DNA of 57,196 bases, the filler included, from Catajapyx aquilonaris (taxonomy: Eukaryota), in the NCBI GenBank assembly GCA_000934665.2. It is 2 parts of 2 records of this genome, joined end to end, with 100 filler letters (N's around TTAATTAATTAA, not from the genome) between each part and the next. Parts side by side here need not be neighbours in the genome. Positions count along the whole stretch, not along the records: positions 28,604 to 57,196 come from JYFJ02004913.1; 1 more part is not named here. One strand, written 5' to 3'. Positions 49,537-57,196 of the stretch are shown one piece after another. Position 1 is the stretch's first letter, and each line of letters begins with the position of its first letter. The notes under the pieces are model-generated. The model was not told the origin of the DNA, made no database searches, and saw only the letters and a program-made list of their open reading frames with translations. The translations under genes were made by a program, and so were the position numbers.

Positions 49537-50582
49537 TTATTGCCACAAGCTTTCATCAGCTTCTTCGTCAGGCAATTCCGGTATGAAGTGGCATTCATCA
49601 AAAACACGAAGTTGCACCTGGGTTTCTAGCAACTTGATGTGATGCTGGGAGAGAATGAAAGCAGTCCAGACTCCTTCATCCTCGGACGTTGCATTTCTGA
49701 TGGAGAGCCTGCAGTACCCCATTTCTAATTCCTCATCATCCGAGTAGGAATAATGATTTTGTGGATACATGTGAGGTCCTTGCCACCTGCACTGGATGGG
49801 TCCTTGAACCTGGACGTACATGTGGGTGTGTTCACCCTGGGCCACAAAAACTTCCTTGGTCTTATCCAGGATCCAAAGATTCTTTGGTTGGTTGGTGGTT
49901 GGTGCTGATTTAGGAGAGGTGGTTTGTGGTGTGGTGTCTGGGGATGTAGCTGGAGAAGTATTTGGTGTAGTTTCTGGGGATGTGGCTGGAGAAGTACCTG
50001 GTGTAGTTGCTAGGGATGTAATTGGAGAAGTCTCTGGAGTGGTAGTATGGGTAGTCTCTGGAGTGGTAGTATGGGTAGTCTCTGGAGGAGTATCTGGTGT
50101 GGTTTCTGGGGATGTGCCTGGAGAAGTACCTGGTGTAGTTGCTGGGGAAGTTATTGGAGAAGTATCTGGAGTGGTAGTAGGGGTAGTCTCAGGAGTGGTA
50201 GTAGGGGTAGTCTCTGGAGTGGCAGTATGGGTAGTCTCTGGAGAAGTATTTGGTGTGGTTTCTGGGAATGTGGCTGGAGAAGTATCTGGTGTGGTTTCTG
50301 GGAAAGTAACTGGAGAAGTATCTGGAGTGGTAGTAGGGGTAGTCTCTGGAGAAGTATTTGGTGTGGTTTCTGGGGATGTGACTGGAGAAGTATCTGGTGT
50401 GGTTTCTGGGAAAGTAACTGGAGAAGTACTTGGTGTGGTTTCTGGGGATGTGCCTGGAGAAGTACCTGGTGTAGTTTCTGGGGATGTAATTGGAGAAGTA
50501 TCTGGAGTGGTAGTAGGGGTAGTCTCTGGAGTGGTGGTCTCAGTTGTTACTGAAGTAGTAGTGTGAGCAGGTGTAGTTCTTT
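49537..50582 (-). CDS. Secreted Ig-mucin-Ig protein A, exon 2 (mucin repeat, Ig domain 2, stop)
   Basis: ttttAG|AA AGA ACT, phase 1; ~230 aa of T(T/S)P(E/D/G) repeats; QCRWQGP..GYCRLSIRNATSEDEGVW; no TM segment. Confidence 0.85.
49900..50560 (-). repeat. Coding 12-bp tandem repeat (mucin-like TSPE/TTPD units)
   Basis: Recurrent ggagaagta/tctggagtggtagt/tggtgtggtttc units with higher-order blocks. Confidence 0.9.
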
Positions 50583-50644
50583 CTAAAAGACATGATGTTG
50601 TACTACACCCTTGGCATGCCATAAAAATAGCCACTTACACTTAC

Positions 50645-51005
50645 CCAAAACTTGAAGCTCAACTGAATCCACTTTCATGGCTCCTGCAAGTGACCTCAAG
50701 AAGCAGTACCAAGTCCCAGAATCACTCATCTGCACTTCCTTGATGAAAACACCACTCTGGCCTTTGGTTGGATCACCACGGGCCTCAAACCTTTCAGTGT
50801 CACCTTCAACGATTTTTCCATCTCTCAAAATGATCTCTTTTCCATCTGGAGTGGTCATAGTACAGTTGAATACTGTCCATCCAGCATTGCAAATCAGTGT
50901 TGCATTGCCACCTTCAGTTACAACTTCATTTTTAAGGCTTCCAAACTTGTCAGCCAAAGCAATGCAAAGACATGCAAGGCCGACTATTCCCACCCAACCC
51001 TTCAT
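50645..51005 (-). CDS. Secreted Ig-mucin-Ig protein A, exon 1 (signal peptide, Ig domain 1)
   Basis: MKGWVGIVGLACLCIALA signal; EGGNATLIC..DSGTWYC..VELQVL; G|GTAAGT phase 1, 62-nt intron; total CDS 1407 nt = 468 aa. Confidence 0.88.
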
Positions 51006-52407
51006 ATCTATAGACTCTGATGAAGTGAGCTTCGCTTTAAACTTGCTGCAATCTTTTTATCTCCACTTCCAATCTGGCATTGGCCAATCTCAGATCCATG
51101 TTTGAATTAGCAGAAAACTTTGCCAATTACACTGAAAGACTGGTCAAAAGCACTGCACACCGTATGTTCCATGTTGGGGGTTGAATGAGACACATCTGAA
51201 CATTGTTTTCATGTTACTTTTATTAAAATGTTAGTAGGACTAGAAAATTGACAAGTTCTACAAAGAGCCAGCATGACAGCAGTCGCTATTGCCACAAAAT
51301 GAGTTGTAAAAAGTGATGGGAGTGGCAAAATGAACAATTGTACACCACAAAATCAGTCCACTCTATAACTGAAACTGATGGAAATGCAATAATGCATAAA
51401 TGCATTGCAGTGTGGAAGATATAGCAGGGGTTAAAATAACAATCATGGTTGGAATGATTGGGAGGTGATGGGTAACATTAAATGAACATTTTTGTTCCTA
51501 ACAGTAGCGCCTTGCAACTAGGGGTGTCAGAGAAATGTTTATTGGCCATTTTGCGGGTCGGCTAAATGATTTCAACCCTGCCCCTCACAAATCACAGCCT
51601 AATCAGCTTCTGCTCTCGGGAAACTGGAACGTCTATTGAAGTTACCATTTCTCTCAATCCGCTTCCCCTTGGAAAGAGGACCTATGAGATCACTTGCTGA
51701 CCCCCACCTCCCAACCAAATCAATCTTGGAACTTGTACGAATAAATAAACACAATAAATACAAGATTGATGATAAAGGTCATAATGATGGAAGAAAAAAA
51801 ACTACAAAGCTATCTGGAACTAACAAGGATGTTATCAAACCAGAGTGGCAGATTGAACAGAACCCAACCCTTTCAACACAAAAAGCAATAAATCCTCCCA
51901 TCTGCCACAAGCGCAAGGGAAATGAAAACTATTAACATAGAAAAACAATGGTTTCTTTCCTGATAAAATGTGTTACTTTGGAATGTTACCCCCCACACTC
52001 TCACCAAAATCATGCATACACCATGGATGCACAAGAGACTGAAGTGAAAAATGTCCACTCACCGAGTAATAATCTCAGAATGTCATGATTTTAAGGCCTG
52101 CCCAACTTCCATGATGCATCCATTGAGCAAATTAATTAACCAGAAAAACATAAAAAACGAAAATGAGATCGAAGTTGTTGCACACTTGCCAAGCAAGTGC
52201 TCTACACCTCTCTGCCATTTAAAAAACGTGTTCCCCAACCAGACTGAGCCTCTTCTCTCGTTTTGGTTCAAACTCACATTTAATACTTGGGTGCATAACC
52301 ATCTTGCGAAGATTTGTACTGTGGGGACGTGAGTGTGTGTTGGTGGTGTACTTTTTTTCACCAGACGTGATTTTCTGCTTTTCACAGAAGAGTTTTTCAC
52401 TCGCTTC

Positions 52408-52629
<222 letters not shown>

Positions 52630-52955
52630 TTATCACCTTCCAGCAATCTAGTCCAGAGTGTTGGTTCATGATCAATGTTAGCTCATCTATTGTATCCAAC
52701 CACAACAACGGATAACCTGGCTGTCACTACTCTATGATAATGCATCCCAAACTCCCCACCTTCCCAAAATTTTGCACAGCTCCATGAACAAGAGCACAGG
52801 ATAAAACCAATGGCAAAGGTTAGATACAGGGTCCAAGGGAGCTGTGAATTTCTTCAGGTGGGATTCACTTAGAGAAGCTGTAAAGTAAACTAGACTCTGG
52901 TCAAACTTAATAATTGTAACATGACTTCCCATTACACAAAACCCCATGAAATTCA

Positions 52956-53264
<309 letters not shown>

Positions 53265-53353
53265 CTAGAACAGAACCTGGACACAATATATTTCTGTCAG
53301 AAAAATATAACTTGGCAAAAAAAAAGGCATTTAAATATCTTTGCGATTGAAAG

Positions 53354-53443
53354 TTTTTTGAGATCTCAAGTTATCACAAGTTATCACAGGTGAAAACTTG
53401 AGATCTCAAAAAATAAGGATTGTTAGGTCTAACAATCCTTATT
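53354..53443. repeat. Two adjacent short inverted repeats in ZMYND19 intron 3
   Basis: ttttttgagatctcaagtt..aacttgagatctcaaaaaa and aataaggattgttag-gt-ctaacaatccttatt. Confidence 0.75.
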
Positions 53444-53573
53444 GTTTCTAATGTTAATTCCATTTTTAATGGCACATAATATAATTTCAAATGTATGAGT
53501 TATTAATAGCCAAGGTCACCTGCTGGTTTCAATCCCAAACACAATTTGCCATGCTCTGTCAAGAGTAATGTTA

Positions 53574-53963
<390 letters not shown>

Positions 53964-54036
53964 TCACAACCTGGTAAGCACAAGACAAGGCAAACTCTTG
54001 TGAACTCAGATAATTACAAACAAATTTAAACACTTA

Positions 54037-54309
<273 letters not shown>

Positions 54310-54545
54310 TTAGATAAGCATTCTCAATGGTGATGTCAATCTCAGAAGATCTGGGCTATCAGGGCATCTGTACTTCCGTTTGTAAGTTTGTGTAGACTTC
54401 ATAAACACCGTATAATGTTAAAACACAACTGTACTGATATTTCAGCTCAGAAATCCTATCTATTCCTCCTTCTCCCAGTACTCTGCAGTTGCCACAATAT
54501 TTTCATAATGCCAGTTTGTACCAGTACAATTATTACTAGCAGTGA

Positions 54546-54695
54546 AGGCCAAAACACAAAAAGACTTTGCGGCAGCGTCAAGCGGCAAACGCCTGCCCCG
54601 CCAATTATTATTAATTATTGGCAATAATATATATAAATAATAAATATGCCGCAACGCGCGCCGTTTGTCGCGCGTTTTTTTTTGTGAAATGGCCT
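54546..54695. mobile_element. Degenerate Harbinger-like MITE
   Basis: tga|AGGCCAAAACACAAAA..TTTTGTGAAATGGCCT|taa; termini resemble the MITE at 25492. Confidence 0.5.
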
Positions 54696-56561
54696 TAAGA
54701 CAGAAGCAGGGCAACATTGATAATCATGATTTAATTTTAGAATTTATATTCACATTAAATGTTATTTTAAAACTTGTCTTTGTAGCAAGATTCTGAAAAA
54801 ATTCAGGTAGGTAGCCAGTCCAGTTCAGATCCCAAAAGAGGCCTTTCAGTTTCCCTTTGTTGTCAAGCTCTTAAAAATGCTTAAAAGGGCACATGTTGTA
54901 TAGTTGCTGGTCAATCAGGTCACAAGGGATCACAAAACCTGTACTACATTGGTGCTCTATGTTGAAGAAAGATATACTATAAATAGATAACTCCTCAGTT
55001 AATTGACAAGATTAGTGTTTTTTTCACAAATTCTTTCCGGCAGGAGCGAGGAGGTGGCGCAATCTTTCTTACCCCTGCAAAAATCTGCTACTCATGAAAT
55101 AAGATTGTAACAGGGCTTCAAACCTGACCTTAAGATTGCTAAAAGAGGAGCTAATACAAGGAGTAGGAAGCATGTTTACTGTCCTGTGACGAGGGTGCAA
55201 TGCTCCATTGGGCAGCCTACAAGAAAGTGGTGAGGATCACCGACCCTGCCTGATTAATTGTCCTCCTCCCGTGCTAACCAGGTTAGCAGAGCCTGCAAGT
55301 GCAGCACATCCCATTGTATGGGGTTAACCAAGCATCAACTTTCAGTCTTAAACCCACATGAGAAGTAGGCTGCCATGCTAATTGCGTAACTTATCTTACT
55401 ACACTCCTGGGCTGGTTCAAAATTGGTTCAGGGGCTAACGGATAGTTGGTAAAGCACTGGGATGTTAAGGTTTCGCGAGGTGTTTTCAAGTGCATATGAT
55501 AAGTCAGAAATGTGGCCATAGTAAAAAGTCCTGCAACAAGATTAGACCATCCATATCTTGCGTTTCCATGCTTGGAAATGACCAAAATGCCTGCATGCTT
55601 TTTCAGCCATGAGGTGGGAGTTAGAAAAGCATGTTTTGATAAGCTCTTACACTACTTACAGAATTAAAATTTTCTCAGCTCCTTCCCTATCTTCAAAATA
55701 TGGACAGTTGTAACAACTGTCAATTTATCATATCCAATAGGCACATAATCCAGTTAGTTTGAAGACAAATTGTACCCTGACACCACGTCTTATTTCTGTG
55801 CATATGCTCAACATTTTCTGTTGATCCAAACCAGGTGGCTTCCCCTGAAGCTTCATGATGACTATCCATAGTACAGCTCATCTATTTCTATTAGAGAGCC
55901 TTGAAGGAATTACTATACCTACAGTTTCAGAGCAGTATTTTAATCTTGTTCCAATTTCGAAAATGTAAATCTGATATCTCACCAAACTGCCATACATAGA
56001 CAAGTGAAAATTAGGTGCAAAACGAAAAATACTGCTCAGCATGAATAAACAAAGGTACGCAACTTTCATAGTTCTCTCCTGTCATTCAGCTCAAGGTACC
56101 ACAAGCTTTTGGAAAGTGGCCTGACTAATTGGCATGAACCTTTTTCTCAAACTGATACCAAGAGTAATTTATTTACTGACATATCTTTCGATGCGGATTA
56201 CCCGATGCAGCCATGCAACTTCCATGCCACATCATTGGATCTGGCCGCAATGTGTTTCTAGGGATGTTTGCATTTCCCTAGGTCATTTCTGATAGCTCAG
56301 TACAGTACTGTACAGTACAATGGATCTGGTCAAGACCTGCTTGGTTGCTAGGTAGTGCTGGCAACACACGACACTTTGTGTTCATTTTGTTTGCTGCCAA
56401 CAGTATTCCTCCATGCTGACACACAACCAAAAGGTGATCAATTTGTGTATCCAGGTTGGAAACCAAACAGTGATTCCATTGTGTAAACGTGGCCTCAGTA
56501 TCATTAGCCCTGGCTGACCCTGTACTTTATCTGGGCAGGTGGTGGCAAGAGCAGATGTTGG

Positions 56562-56563
<2 letters not shown>

Positions 56564-56593
<30 letters not shown>
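56564..56593. repeat. (GT)n microsatellite
   Basis: About 15 GT units. Confidence 0.9.
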
Positions 56594-56596
<3 letters not shown>

Positions 56597-57059
56597 GAGG
56601 AGGGGGTGGTGGGCCAACAGTGTGTGGAGGGGATGAGCGAGGTGGTGGTTGGGGAGGGGACAGGGATAAGCTGATTGCATATCACGCAGGAAACGTTCGA
56701 ATAAAGGGTCGTATCCCAAGCCCTGGGGTCCACCTGCAATGCAACTGGGCCCAGGTCGCGCATAAGAGCCGCAACCGGCCTTCCCCGTTATTACAACTGG
56801 TGTTGGCTGCTGCCACACCGAAAAAAAACCCGAAGCGGGGGAGTGGTGTGGAAAGATGGTGGGAAGCAAAGCAAAGCCAGGGCATTGGGGGTGGGGGGGT
56901 AGGGGATAGAGGGAAGGGGGGCAGGGGGGGGGAAGAAAAAGGGGAGTCAGTGTCCTCTCGCCCGTTCCGCTCGGGATGACACCGGTCCATATAATACAGG
57001 GCACCGGCCCCGGGGCAGGCTCGGGCACCCTTCCTGGAAAGGAGAAAATATGGACTGAC

Positions 57060-57110
57060 CTTTCCGGCGGCCCTTCCCAGCCGGACGATCCCGAGCTTGA
57101 GCCCGGACAT
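57060..57110 (-). CDS. ZMYND19: ZMYND19 exon 1
   Basis: MSGLKLGIVRLGRAAGK|GTCAGT matches the conserved ZMYND19 N-terminus; total CDS 723 nt = 240 aa. Confidence 0.95.
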
Positions 57111-57196
57111 GTGCGGCGGTGTGGGTGAGGATGCCCTGTGGATCTTCATCTCTGACCGCTCTGCTGCCTGCTAGTGGTGGGGCCGCCCCTGGACTG

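Noticed and set aside
49820..50566. Val/Gly-rich and Trp-rich + strand ORFs
   Set aside because: Antisense shadows of the mucin repeat
56504..57028. Pro/His-rich ORFs
   Set aside because: Arise from the microsatellite and G-runs in ZMYND19 intron 1

Overview
Eukaryotic, intron-rich, arthropod-like genomic window with one assembly gap (28504-28603). The right half holds four spliced protein-coding genes with phase-consistent GT-AG introns: FBXL6 (+, 5 exons, 728 aa), ZMYND19/MIZIP (-, 5 exons, 240 aa) and, between their 3' ends, two tandem paralogous secreted two-Ig-domain genes with Thr/Pro linkers (-, 468 and 266 aa). The left half has no recognisable host protein gene. It holds a bidirectional CpG-rich promoter that seems to drive two divergent, micro-exon-rich, apparently non-coding units, an internal segmental duplication, and a full-length, uninterrupted I-group (Nimb-like) LINE with an in-frame RNase H deletion. 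Many short TEs are present (SINEs, a Helitron, and Harbinger, piggyBac, Kolobok, hAT-like and Tc1/mariner derivatives). The best leads are HDV-like ribozyme folds at the exact 5' end of the LINE and in the head of a 273-bp bipartite SINE-like element, the divergent micro-exon non-coding pair, and the secreted Ig/mucin gene pair with a possibly dicistronic layout. All structures were assigned by eye; no searches or folding programs were run.
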